A stretch of 64,000 nt of DNA from Candidatus Poseidoniaceae archaeon (lineage in GTDB: Archaea > Thermoplasmatota > Poseidoniia > Poseidoniales > Poseidoniaceae). The stretch covers positions 258,502 to 322,501 of the forward strand of contig CALSRB010000005.1 of NCBI GenBank assembly GCA_943788655.1. The letters are read 5' to 3'. Positions 48,340 through 57,663 of this stretch are shown piece after piece (the stretch's first letter is position 1; every line of letters begins with the position of its first letter). Under the pieces are notes generated by a model. It was not told the DNA's origin, did not search any database, and worked only from the letters and a program-made list of their open reading frames with translations. The translations under genes were made by a program, and so were the position numbers.

Positions 48340-50463
48340 ATGGAACCCGTAACCGTGATTTTGATTGGATTGGCCCTTGTTGTCTGCGCATACATGGCTT
48401 GGAACATCGGTGCAAACGATGTTGCAAACGCAATGGGCACCTCTGTCGGATCAAGAGCATTGACCCTCAAACAAGCCGTAATCATCGCTGCTGTCTTCGA
48501 ATTCTGTGGTGCGTTCTTTGCAGGCGATGCCGTAACAGATACGGTGCGCAAGGGCATTCTTACCGTTGATTTCAGCGACGGGACCGTGGATGCTGTGCTC
48601 TCCCAGGACATTGCGTTCGGATTCATTGCTGCAATGATGGCGGCTGCAACATGGCTTACCATCGCAACACGGATGGGCCTGCCCGTTTCCACCACGCACT
48701 CCATCATCGGTGGAATTCTCGGTGTTGGATTGATTCTTGAAGTCAAGCACGGCGAGTCCCTCATCGATTGGGAAGTGGTCCAGAAAGTCGTCATGTCTTG
48801 GGTGGCAAGCCCGCTCATGGGCGGAATCATCGGTTTCTTCTCCTTCATGATCATCAAGAAGTTAATCCTCGACAGCGAGAACCCAATTGACCGATCTCGG
48901 TGGCTGGCTCCTGTGCTGGCCTTCCCGACCTTCTTCGTCCTCGGCCTCGCGCTTCAATTCAAGGCACTCAAAGGCTTCATATCGAGAGCTTACAACGAAG
49001 GGTGGATTGAAAATAAGAACGATTGGTTACCCGTCAAGGAAGACGGTGTCTGGGACCCGTGGGCTGACAACGCCTGGATTCCAATCAACTCAATCATGCT
49101 CGCAGCAGTGATTGGCGTCATCGCAAGCTTGGGGCTTTACTTCGTGCTCCGTCGCATTGACATCAATGAAGAAAAGCGCGGGTTCCGTGGTGTCGAGCGA
49201 ATTTTCGTTTGGCTTCAAATTATCACAGCAGCCTACGTTGCTTTTGCACACGGAGCAAACGACCGCTCCAATGCGATTGGACCAATGGCCGCAGTGTGGC
49301 AAGTTCTGAGCAGCGACACAGGCGAACTCGCGGCGAAAGCAGACATTCCACTCTGGCTCATCCTCCTTGGTTCTGCTGGAATCGCGATCGGTGTCATGAC
49401 ATGGGGATGGAGGGTTATGGAAACCATCGGAAAGAAGATCACCGATATTACACCAACCCGTGGATTTGCCGCAGAATTTGGTGCAGCAACCACCATTCTG
49501 GTGTTCTCGATGCCTTTCTTGGCCGTTCCTGTCTCAACCACGCACACACTTGTTGGCGCCGTGGTTGGTGTCGGTCTGGCTGGTGGTGCAAAGGCTGTTG
49601 ACTTCCGTGTCTTCGGTAAGATTGCCGCCTCATGGGTTGCAAGCGTTCCAGCAGCAGCGTTCGGTGCCATCGTGCTGTTCGTCGCCTCTGGTGGCGAATC
49701 GCTCAACATGATCGTCTTGCTCCCACTCTCCTTCATGGCCGTTGGTTATGCAATCTGGAAGAGCAGCGGTGAGGTGCATGTTGAAGATGCCCTTTCCGAT
49801 GTTGGCGGCGACGGTCACTCCGTCACACCGTTCGAATTGTTCCACGCTCACGCTCAAGAAGTTGAGAAAACCGTTGAGCACATGCTTGAGGCAGTGAACA
49901 TGGCCTGTGATGGTGAGGATGCAAGCGAGGCAATCCAAGCGACCATCGATGCAGAACTTGTGGCTGACAACGTCAAGAGTGAAGTGCGCCGATTGGCCCT
50001 TAACGACATGCGCATGGGTGTTCAAATCAGCCTTGATGACTTCCTTTACATGGTAACTCGACAGGATCGCATCGCCGATTACGCACAGAATGTCGCCGAA
50101 CAGTTGGCTTTCCGACCGTTGTTTGACGATGACCAAGCCAAGGAAAATCTGAAGGAAATGGCCAAGGCGGTTTCCGAAACGGTTGCAAAGTATGAGGACG
50201 CTGTTGAAGCGCTCCGTGACTTCACCATCAGTGGACAAACCAAGGCTGCCGAGACCAAACTCGCTGAACTCATCAAAGAAGTGAACCTCAAGGAGCACGA
50301 AGCCGATGGTGTCGAAGCAATGGCAGCAGCCTACGTGTTCACCAACGGTGAAGATGCGCCGCTTGCAGCCATGCACATGTACCGTGTGTTGCAGCGACTT
50401 GACGATGTGGCAAACGCCTGTGAGAAAGCGGCCAACGCTTTCTTGCCGATCCTCAACCGCTGA
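48340..50463 (+). CDS. pit: inorganic phosphate transporter, PiT family, fused to a C-terminal cytoplasmic PhoU-like/DUF47-like helical domain (707 aa)
   Basis: PiT signature GANDVANAMGTSVGS occurs twice (internal duplication ...GANDRSNAIGPMAAV). More than 10 TM segments. The last ~230 aa are a soluble helical domain (...HAHAQEVEKTVEHMLEAV...). Confidence 0.8.
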   Translation: MEPVTVILIGLALVVCAYMAWNIGANDVANAMGTSVGSRALTLKQAVIIAAVFEFCGAFFAGDAVTDTVRKGILTVDFSDGTVDAVLSQDIAFGFIAAMMAAATWLTIATRMGLPVSTTHSIIGGILGVGLILEVKHGESLIDWEVVQKVVMSWVASPLMGGIIGFFSFMIIKKLILDSENPIDRSRWLAPVLAFPTFFVLGLALQFKALKGFISRAYNEGWIENKNDWLPVKEDGVWDPWADNAWIPINSIMLAAVIGVIASLGLYFVLRRIDINEEKRGFRGVERIFVWLQIITAAYVAFAHGANDRSNAIGPMAAVWQVLSSDTGELAAKADIPLWLILLGSAGIAIGVMTWGWRVMETIGKKITDITPTRGFAAEFGAATTILVFSMPFLAVPVSTTHTLVGAVVGVGLAGGAKAVDFRVFGKIAASWVASVPAAAFGAIVLFVASGGESLNMIVLLPLSFMAVGYAIWKSSGEVHVEDALSDVGGDGHSVTPFELFHAHAQEVEKTVEHMLEAVNMACDGEDASEAIQATIDAELVADNVKSEVRRLALNDMRMGVQISLDDFLYMVTRQDRIADYAQNVAEQLAFRPLFDDDQAKENLKEMAKAVSETVAKYEDAVEALRDFTISGQTKAAETKLAELIKEVNLKEHEADGVEAMAAAYVFTNGEDAPLAAMHMYRVLQRLDDVANACEKAANAFLPILNR

Positions 50464-50553
50464 GCGAGCCATTGATACCGAGGCGCTTCGAGGCACGGGC
50501 ATCCGAGCCGTTCCCCACCGGGCCTTGCCCAACAGTGGAAGCAGGACTCTGGA

Positions 50554-51570
50554 GTGATCCCTATGGCAGGCATGGACCCTCAACTGAAAGCTAAACTGCA
50601 GAAGCAACGCTACCACATTGTTGGTGAGCACGGCGGGGTGAAAACATGCCACTGGACCAAAGAATCCCTGCTTCGTGACCGCCAGTGCTACAAAGGGAAA
50701 TTCTACGGCATTGCAAGCCACAACTGCATGCAGATGTCGCCGGTGGTCGATCAGTGCAACCTTGCTTGCACTTACTGCTGGCGAGAACCACACATGGACA
50801 CGCTCGAGTTAACCGATCAAGACCCGCTTGAGTTGCTTTACGAATCAGTACGAGCTCAGCGTCGGTTGCTGTCTGGCTTTGGTGGCAACCCAAAGGTGCC
50901 TCGTGAAAAGTGGTTGGACGCTCAGAACCCAAAGCACGTCGCCATCTCTCTGAATGGTGAACCAACCCTCTACACCCGCCTCTCAGAATACATGGATCTG
51001 TGCCACAAGCACGGCATGACAACGATGCTTGTCACCAACGGAACCCTTCCAAAAGTGATTGAGAAGTTGGACACCCTACCGACCCAATTGTATGTCTCAG
51101 TCGATGCGCCTAACAAGGAAGTCTTCGATGCTGTATGCAAGCCAAAATGGAACGGTAACGCCTGGGATAAGTTCGAGGAAACCATCGACCTTCTGCCATC
51201 ACTCGACACCAGAATTGTCGCGCGTCATACACTGATGAAGGGCGTCAACATGTCGGACAAGCACATCGAGCAGTTTGCTGCATTGGACAACCGAGCCGAT
51301 CCTGACTACATCGAAAACAAGGGCTACGTATTCGTTGGACACAGCCGAGAAAACTTGAGCATTGAGAACATGCCAAGCCATGAAGACATCATGGATTTCT
51401 CCAACAAAATTGCGCCCCTGACCAACCGGGAAGTGCTCTCTGATTCCCGCCCGAGCCGTGTGGCTCTTGTGGGGAGGGAGATTTCACCAATCCCGATTCC
51501 TGAAGCAACGATGTTCTTCCCTGAGGATCTGGGAATCGCGCCTTCAGTGAAGCATTTGCCGATGGCTTAA
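50554..51570 (+). CDS. taw1: tRNA 4-demethylwyosine synthase (TYW1/Taw1), radical SAM
   Basis: CNLACTYCWR is the radical-SAM CxxxCxxC motif with the preceding conserved TYW1 region KGKFYGIASHNCMQMSPVVDQ. The length of 338 aa is typical of archaeal Taw1. Confidence 0.85.
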   Translation: MIPMAGMDPQLKAKLQKQRYHIVGEHGGVKTCHWTKESLLRDRQCYKGKFYGIASHNCMQMSPVVDQCNLACTYCWREPHMDTLELTDQDPLELLYESVRAQRRLLSGFGGNPKVPREKWLDAQNPKHVAISLNGEPTLYTRLSEYMDLCHKHGMTTMLVTNGTLPKVIEKLDTLPTQLYVSVDAPNKEVFDAVCKPKWNGNAWDKFEETIDLLPSLDTRIVARHTLMKGVNMSDKHIEQFAALDNRADPDYIENKGYVFVGHSRENLSIENMPSHEDIMDFSNKIAPLTNREVLSDSRPSRVALVGREISPIPIPEATMFFPEDLGIAPSVKHLPMA

Positions 51571-51634
51571 GCATCCGTCTTGATTGAATCAAATCCACGA
51601 TGGATTTGGGTTCAAGCCAAGGTCCTGCGGTGAA

Positions 51635-51850
51635 TCACTCGCCAGACGGTCCGTCCAACAGCACCTGGAACTCTTTGGTTGCCAGGATGAGTGTTGGAGC
51701 CCAAAGGCCGACAAAGATACCCAACATCTGATCGTCACCAATGAAGTAAATGTACAACGACAATACCACTGACAACATGCTTGCGATTAATCCAATTCTT
51801 GCTATAGTTCCACTCATATTTTGCTCACCTAATTTTATGTCTTTCATCAT
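51635..51850 (-). CDS. small membrane protein (71 aa, 2 TM), hypothetical
   Basis: Hydrophobic ORF (GLIASMLSVVLSLYIYFIG ... IFVGLWAPTLILAT). Confidence 0.3.
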   Translation of the reverse strand: MMKDIKLGEQNMSGTIARIGLIASMLSVVLSLYIYFIGDDQMLGIFVGLWAPTLILATKEFQVLLDGPSGE

Positions 51851-52206
51851 TCATTCTTAAAGGGATGTTTTGAAAACACGGTCAAAACGGCGATTTTGAA
51901 CCCTCTAAGCGTCCTTCGACCGTTCATTCCCCTGCATCCTTCAACGGCCTCACCCTAACCCTTCTGGAATCGAACCAGACCTTCTGCTTGCGCAGCGTGC
52001 ACCGTACACCAAGGGAGGCCATTTCGGGCTTACCACCATTCCTACACAGCCACATTTGTGCGAACACGCGCCAAAGTGCGAACCCCATTCTCTGGGCCAG
52101 TGGCAGTGGTGTGCAAGATCTTCAAGACTCGTCTCCTTGCGCAGATAAAGCGCCAGCAATCAACGGCCAATCGTGTCCTAAGTGCAGATAGGCTTGCAGA
52201 TAACCA

Positions 52207-52941
52207 TCACCACCCATCGACAACCCTCCTCCACTGAGGTGGAAGTTCATCCTCGACGTATTCACCTTCATCCAACGAAACGACGGTCAGTTCAAGCCTG
52301 TGAATGGGCCTTGGTGCGTCGAATCCAAGTTCGTCATAGTACGCCTCCACCGCGGCCATGACTTCTGTTAATTGGGCAGTTCCATGCGCCACTGTGATGA
52401 CTTCCCTGCAATCAAACGACTTCGAGGTGTGCACTGTGATGCCAAACGCTTGAGCCTTTGAATGCTGAATCAAATGCTTCGCTAAGTGAGGTGTGGCCGA
52501 TGATCCCGACCATTTCAGGCCAACCATGGGGTTTGACATCCACGATTCTTTTGTTTGCAGTACGGTGGTTTGATGCTTCCACCACGGGCATCTTCCAACC
52601 ACCTGTTGCTGCAGTGCATGCCTGACGGCCAGCGCTGAATGCTTGGAGTGCAAGGAAGGCGCAAGACTGATGAGATCCCCGTACACAATGTTCAGATGGA
52701 AATGCTCGTTCTTGAGCCTGTAGGACCTCTTTTTGATTTGTTCAGGCAAGCACTTTGGATGATCAACAAGCCACTGGAGGTAGGCAAGGTAGGCCTTGGC
52801 CGGCCATGCAAACCTCGCAGGAACTGGCGTTTTGAACACCATTCCATGCTCTTCTCCATCCATGTAGACCGTTGACCATGTGTCGTGCCAGTTCTCCCAT
52901 GTGATGGCGTTTGGATGGATCGGTTTCTTCCTGTTCTTCAT
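52207..52941 (-). CDS. hypothetical protein (244 aa), possibly part of the degraded region
   Basis: ORF from the track; no recognised motifs. Its 5' end overlaps the 3' end of the upstream frameshifted ORF. Confidence 0.3.
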   Translation of the reverse strand: MKNRKKPIHPNAITWENWHDTWSTVYMDGEEHGMVFKTPVPARFAWPAKAYLAYLQWLVDHPKCLPEQIKKRSYRLKNEHFHLNIVYGDLISLAPSLHSKHSALAVRHALQQQVVGRCPWWKHQTTVLQTKESWMSNPMVGLKWSGSSATPHLAKHLIQHSKAQAFGITVHTSKSFDCREVITVAHGTAQLTEVMAAVEAYYDELGFDAPRPIHRLELTVVSLDEGEYVEDELPPQWRRVVDGW

Positions 52942-54532
52942 CCAACATTTTCTGCACTTGAGATGGCATCAGCGCCATTTCCAGTATTGTGTTCCAAAAC
53001 CATGGTTTCATGGCTTCAAACCAATCAACTCCGCCCCATTCTCCATCCGCATGATGGTGAACTTTGAACACCGTTGCACTGTATGTTTGCATTTCATGAT
53101 TGGCGTTTTCTCCAAGCCATTCAATGGTGCAGACCTCACTCATCGATGTTGACTCGGTGAGAGGAAATTCTCCACCTGGATGATTGTACCAGCATACGCC
53201 AGATTCGTCGGTTGGCACGTGCTTGTGATCCAAAATAACCAGCCCTCCATCCCTTATGTTGTGAGCAAACTGGGCCATCATCTCTGGAAAGGCATTGTTC
53301 CTATTCTCAACAAACTCGTCAAGCCACGTCAACCAGTCAACATAGAGGACATCAATGGGTGGCGAGTTGGACAGAAAATCGTAGGCCTCCCTCATGACAT
53401 GCAGTTGCCAGTGCGGTGTGGCGAGTGAGGTTTTCCTGAACACTGGCCAGCCTTCAGAGGAGTCATGCAGCCTCTGATAGATGGCATGGTTGATGACATC
53501 TGCGTGGTATGGCCATTCATCAGGAACACACAACATCCCGACATCGACCAAGACCTGCAAAAACGGATGGCCTGCATCTTCAAACAAACTCATGCTCGCA
53601 TGGTAGTGGCTCGCTGCTGCTGGGTGAGCCACCACAAGGGGTCTGTCTTCATCAATTTCAATGGGCAAACCAATGCCCATGCCATTGGCTTCACCATAGG
53701 TGACGCAGCTTCCAAACCCGTTAATTGGCAGCTTCCTTGTCATGCCTTGACCCATCAAACACACCTCGGATGCCCAAGTGGCACAACCCTGAAGATTCTC
53801 TTGGTTTGCCTTTCCAGCCTTTCGTATTGATTGGCCAGAACCACACCGCCCGAGCCACTGTGTTTTGCAGTGTCGTAGATGGTGTCGTTGTGCATGGTGA
53901 CAATATGGGCCGTGCACAGCTTGCCATTTGCATCTGGATCGCTTGGTGGGTTGACCGAGTAAAAGCACAAGAAAAACAGGTCGTTGAGTTTGACCAGTTC
54001 GTCGATGTAATGCTCAATTCTCCTCACATCGTGGTTGCAGTACGCCAATTGCATGCCGTATGGTTTGAGGGCATTCGACCAAGAGTGCGGTGACTGTGAA
54101 TTGGTGATTGTCTTGAAATCATCAGGGCTCCACATTTGCTCCCGTTGTTCTTGCAATCATAGCCAACGTAGTCGCCACACAAGAGGGCCCAATCTGCTTG
54201 GTCATGATTCGATCGCCATAAGGTCAGAGAAGTATGGACCTTCAAACTCATCCGCCAATGGGCGGATCCCACAGTGGGGCGTTTGCGTTTGGTGTCCATA
54301 CCAGTCACAACCACTCCGTGGAAAATTTCTCATCATAGGAGGGATGCTCGTCCTCTGACATCACAAGTGGTGTTGCCGTTTCACAACCAAGGCATGTGCA
54401 GTCATCATTTCCCATTCTTTCATGGCTTGTGATTCCTCCATCACCGCAGTCGTGAGTTCCATTTCTCTGCTTCATGTAGGCGATAGCAAGCATCGCCATG
54501 GTCATGTCGGTGTAGTGTTGCAGTTTTTTCAT
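52763..54532 (-). pseudogene. calcineurin-like metallophosphoesterase-related gene broken into four or more overlapping frames
   Basis: Consecutive same-strand ORFs 54305..54532, 54024..54314, 53755..54156 and 52763..53968 overlap end-to-start in frames 1, 2, 0 and 1. The fragments carry phosphoesterase-like motifs in the expected order: LLCGDYVGYD (motif II GDxVDRG-like), YCNHDV (GNHE-like), LVILDHKHV and VHHH (GH/GHxH-like). Confidence 0.4.
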
Positions 54533-54557
54533 TCCGTTCTTCTTTTGTCATCTTTTT

Positions 54558-55362
54558 TCACCTCATAGGTATTCTCTGTCTTGATGTGGCCTTCCTGATG
54601 GCCATTCTTCTTCCACTTCTTTGATGTATTCGATTTGCGCTCATATCATGCTCGAAGCCCATTTTCCAAATGTGCGTGTCTTCAATGCACAAGATGGAGC
54701 AACGAAAGCATCGCAAGTGGGAAGCTTTGCCCTTGCTTTTTGTTCGATGCAAAAGTCGACTTCTGATGGCTTGGACCGTTGGTTTGCCACCGTATTCGGG
54801 CACGTGCTCAGGGCAGGTCCAAAACGCTCCAAGCGAATGCTCCACGATGCCTTTCATGAAGAACTGAAGGACATTGGGTTGCCAAGGTGGGCCGAGTTGC
54901 TCCACACCGATTCCAACTGTTTTCTCGTAGTGCTTAACAAGCGAGCCTGGCGTCACCCAGTCTTCGTATTCGATGCACATGTCGAAGCTGAAGGTGTGGC
55001 CATAATCGCCGGTCACCGTGATGGTATATCCGTCGATGGCGATGGCAGGTGAATCGTGCATGAACTGCATAAGTCCAAGCCAGTGTTCCCTTTCGGCAAC
55101 CGCTTCTGGCGGTTCGGTATCAGGTTCTCCAAACGTGAGATAAGTCGTCAAGAGAAGTGAGCACTAGCTCCCATTCAGGCCATGTGTCCCAATCATTACC
55201 TTCTGCGGTGTTGTGTTGATTGTAGGCTGAGAAAATCTGCATGAATTTCTCAGGCAATTGCAGGTTGCCATTGTGGTCGATGAGTTCATCTGGGTCAGTG
55301 TATCCTTGTTGGACAAACCAATTTTCGTGTTTAATGTTTATGTTGTGTATTTTTTTTGTCAT
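54558..55362 (-). pseudogene. hypothetical gene split by a frameshift (fragments 55120..55362 and 54558..55151)
   Basis: Two same-strand ORFs overlap by 32 nt; the downstream part of the second becomes Arg/Lys-rich and non-protein-like. AT-rich surroundings. Confidence 0.3.
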
Positions 55363-55408
55363 TGTATCCTTTCCTTTTTGTGTTCTTTATTTTTTGAGTC
55401 AAAGCAAG

Positions 55409-55480
55409 CAGAGGTACCCGGATTCGAACCGGGGTCCAGGGATCCGAAGCCCCTGATGCTATCCACTACACCATACCTCC
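55409..55480 (-). tRNA. tRNA-Arg (anticodon TCG), CCA not encoded
   Basis: Minus strand reads GGAGGTA-TG-GTGTAGTGGATAGCAT-C-AGGGG-CTTCGGA-TCCCT-GGAC-CCCGG-TTCGAAT-CCGGG-TACCTCT-G. Acceptor stem 7 bp (G1-U71 wobble), T-arm CCCGG/TTCGAAT/CCGGG. Anticodon loop CU-UCG-GA with U33 and G37. Variable loop 4 nt, discriminator G. Confidence 0.6.
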
Positions 55481-55499
55481 ATGCTGCTTTCAAACAGTG

Positions 55500-55830
55500 A
55501 AAACGCGTATGCAATGTTGGAAAAGAGCGATAACGCCCTTTCTGTGGTTGCATAAGCAGCGTTCACTGCCAAACCCAGATCAGTCGCACTAACTGCGATG
55601 ACGGAGGGTCCGCATCAACGAAAATAGAATGTTGAATTTTGGTCCCCTCATACTTGCTCACCTGTTCCGGTACATCTCACCATAAGCGGACCTCCCATAA
55701 AAAACTTTCGCTCAGCACAGCGTTTCTTGAGCCCCTAAGTGTCCGCGCAAGCGCGGAAAGTAACATTATCGCGCCCGCACGTGGGGCATACTTAGGAGGA
55801 AATTGAACCTCCCGAAGTACACGGTTAATT
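55500..55830 (-). ncRNA. candidate structured ncRNA, possibly a reduced RNase P RNA, immediately 5' of the tRNA
   Basis: ~350-nt ORF-free segment. The minus strand contains ...GGGAGGUCCGCUUAUGG... (compare RNase P P4 5' strand GGAAAGUCCGGGCUCCAUAGG) and, ~150 nt downstream, CCACAGAAAGGGCGUUAUCGC (compare bacterial CCACGACAGAACCCGGCUUAUCGG, the ACAGAA P4 3' region). Strong hairpins such as UCCGCG-CUUG-CGCGGA. The order of motifs is consistent, but P4 pairing is imperfect. Confidence 0.3.
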
Positions 55831-55853
55831 GGTCCAAATTCAAAGAATCTAAC

Positions 55854-56514
55854 TCAAGCCGAATCTTCTGGGAACACAATGGTTGCATCTCCCTCAACCC
55901 ACTGCTTGTGCTTCTTCATGCAGGCTTTGAACGCCTCACTTTCGAGGTTCTCCGTTAACCATTCTACCACGTTGGCCCACGGCTGAACATCAAACCAATC
56001 TCGATTGTGATTGGCAAACTGCCGAACAAAGGGGAACAACGCATCGCTCAATGCTTCACTCATCAAGGGTTCAGTGGCCAATCGCCGGTCCAAATCCATC
56101 AGGTAAGCCGAGGCAAGAGTGCGTTGTTCGATTTCGTCAACGTCTTCGTAGCGGTTGGGGTACTTGTATCGGTCAAGATGGAACTTGAATTCATCATCGT
56201 TGCGTGAAATCCAATGCTGTTCTTCTTCTGACAACGTCCAATCCAAGACGTGCTGCATAATCTCGAGGCTCTCTTCAATGACGGTTCCATCGGCCAATAA
56301 CAGAGACCGGGACGGTGCCTTTGGGTGAAACTTCCATCATGTGTTCAGGTCGGTCCCGAAGGATCACTTCCCTCAATTCAACTTGGAACTGGGTGCGGAC
56401 AATGGACATCCGAGCGCGCATGGCGTATGGGCACCTGCGAAACGAATAGAGAATGGGTAGCGCCATCAGATGGCCTCCATCTTCACTCAGGGGGAATTGG
56501 TGGAGCGTAGCCAC
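55854..56514 (-). pseudogene. glutathione S-transferase-family gene interrupted by a single-nucleotide frameshift
   Basis: N-terminal thioredoxin-like part (56275..56514: LYSFRRCPYAMRARMSI ... EVSPKGTVPVSV) and C-terminal part (55854..56297: ADGTVIEESLEIMQHVLDW...) are each GST-like. They join through the canonical ...KGTVPVL-xDG-xVIxESxAI... segment, but in frames offset by 1 nt near 56285-56300. Confidence 0.5.
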
Positions 56515-57547
56515 CTTTCACTGCCTCTTGCACAATGGCGATATCGGCGTCGACCATCATTTGCACAAGTTCCTCAAAGGAAGTACCTGGAACCCAACCG
56601 AGTTCCTTCTCAGCAAGAGCAGGGTCGCCGATCAACAGGTCAACTTCTGCAGGGCGGAAGAACTTGGGATTGGTGCGAACACGAATCATACCGTCTTGAT
56701 CGGTGGCGATGGTGTCAACCCCTTCGCCTGACCAAACAAGGTTCATGCCAACGTGGCTGAATGCAAGGGTGATCATGTCACGCACGCTGTGAGTGCGGCC
56801 TGTTGCGACAACATAGTCGCCGGGCGTTTCTTGTTGAAGCATGCGCCATTGCATCTCCACATAGTCCCCAGCAAAGCCCCAGTCGCGCTTCGCATCGACG
56901 TTGCCGATCCAGAGGCATTCATCGAAGCCCTTTGCGATCCGAGCTGCCGTCATCGTCACCTTGCGGGTCACGAATTCAAGGCCACGGCGTGGGCTTTCGT
57001 GGTTGAAGAGGATACCAGTGCAGGCAAACATATCGTAGGACTCACGGTAATTTCGGGTGATTTCGAAAGCGAACACCTTTGCGCATCCATACGGTGAGCG
57101 AGGATGGAAGGGTGTGGCTTCTGTTTGAGGAACATCGCGCACCTTTCCATATTGTTCTGAAGAACCGGCTTGATAGAAGCGGCAGTGCGGAGCATGCTTG
57201 CGAATCGCTTCAAGGCACCGCAATGCCCCAAGGCCGGTGATGTCAGCGGTCATCATTGGTGAGCGCCATGATTCAGGAACGAAGGACATGGCACCAAGGT
57301 TGTAGAATTCATCGGGTTGGGATTGTGCAACAGCGTTGTCGATGGAGTTTTGATCGGCAAGGTCACCGTTGACGAGGTGGAATTTTTCGTGAGTCAGAAG
57401 GTGGTTGATGAGGCTTCGACCGGAGGTTGGTTGTGAGACCCGACGGACCAATCCATAGACTTCGTAGCCCTTCTCAAGCAAGAGTTCTGCAAGGTATGAA
57501 CCATCTTGGCCAGTGATTCCCGTCACCATTGCTGTTTTGCCGCTCAT
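56483..57547 (-). CDS. gmd: GDP-mannose 4,6-dehydratase
   Basis: Track ORF 56483..57649 (TTG start); more likely starts at ATG 57547 (MSGKTAMVTGITGQDGSYLAELLLEKGYEVYGLVRR, the hallmark GMD N-terminus). Short-chain dehydrogenase fold. Confidence 0.9.
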   Translation of the reverse strand: MSGKTAMVTGITGQDGSYLAELLLEKGYEVYGLVRRVSQPTSGRSLINHLLTHEKFHLVNGDLADQNSIDNAVAQSQPDEFYNLGAMSFVPESWRSPMMTADITGLGALRCLEAIRKHAPHCRFYQAGSSEQYGKVRDVPQTEATPFHPRSPYGCAKVFAFEITRNYRESYDMFACTGILFNHESPRRGLEFVTRKVTMTAARIAKGFDECLWIGNVDAKRDWGFAGDYVEMQWRMLQQETPGDYVVATGRTHSVRDMITLAFSHVGMNLVWSGEGVDTIATDQDGMIRVRTNPKFFRPAEVDLLIGDPALAEKELGWVPGTSFEELVQMMVDADIAIVQEAVKGGYAPPIPPE

Positions 57548-57663
57548 GACTATCGGTAGGTATCTCCCTTTTTGAATCGGTCGTGTCAACGCGTGGGAGA
57601 AAAAGAGGTGAAGGTTTGCCAACCAAGGGTGGATTTCAAAGCAGGTCAACAGTTGAGAGAACC

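Noticed and set aside
49630-50793. Minus-strand ORF of 387 aa spanning the pit 3' end and taw1 5' end
   Set aside because: Antisense to two genes with strong independent motif support. The translation is Cys/His/Val/Phe-rich with no domain resemblance, so it is likely a long open antisense frame.
51950-52035. tRNA-like element: GGTTCGATTCC T-loop motif within a 75-nt segment whose ends are complementary (GGCCTCC... / ...GGTGAGGCC)
   Set aside because: No valid cloverleaf: 17 nt separate the T-stem from the 3' acceptor strand, and there is no D-arm or anticodon stem. It may be a tRNA-gene remnant or attachment-site scar, mentioned under the degraded-region finding, but it is not called as a tRNA.
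52763-53068. Plus-strand ORFs 52639..52875, 52880..53152 and 52885..53067 in the frameshifted region
   Set aside because: Antisense to metallophosphoesterase-like fragments; no motifs.
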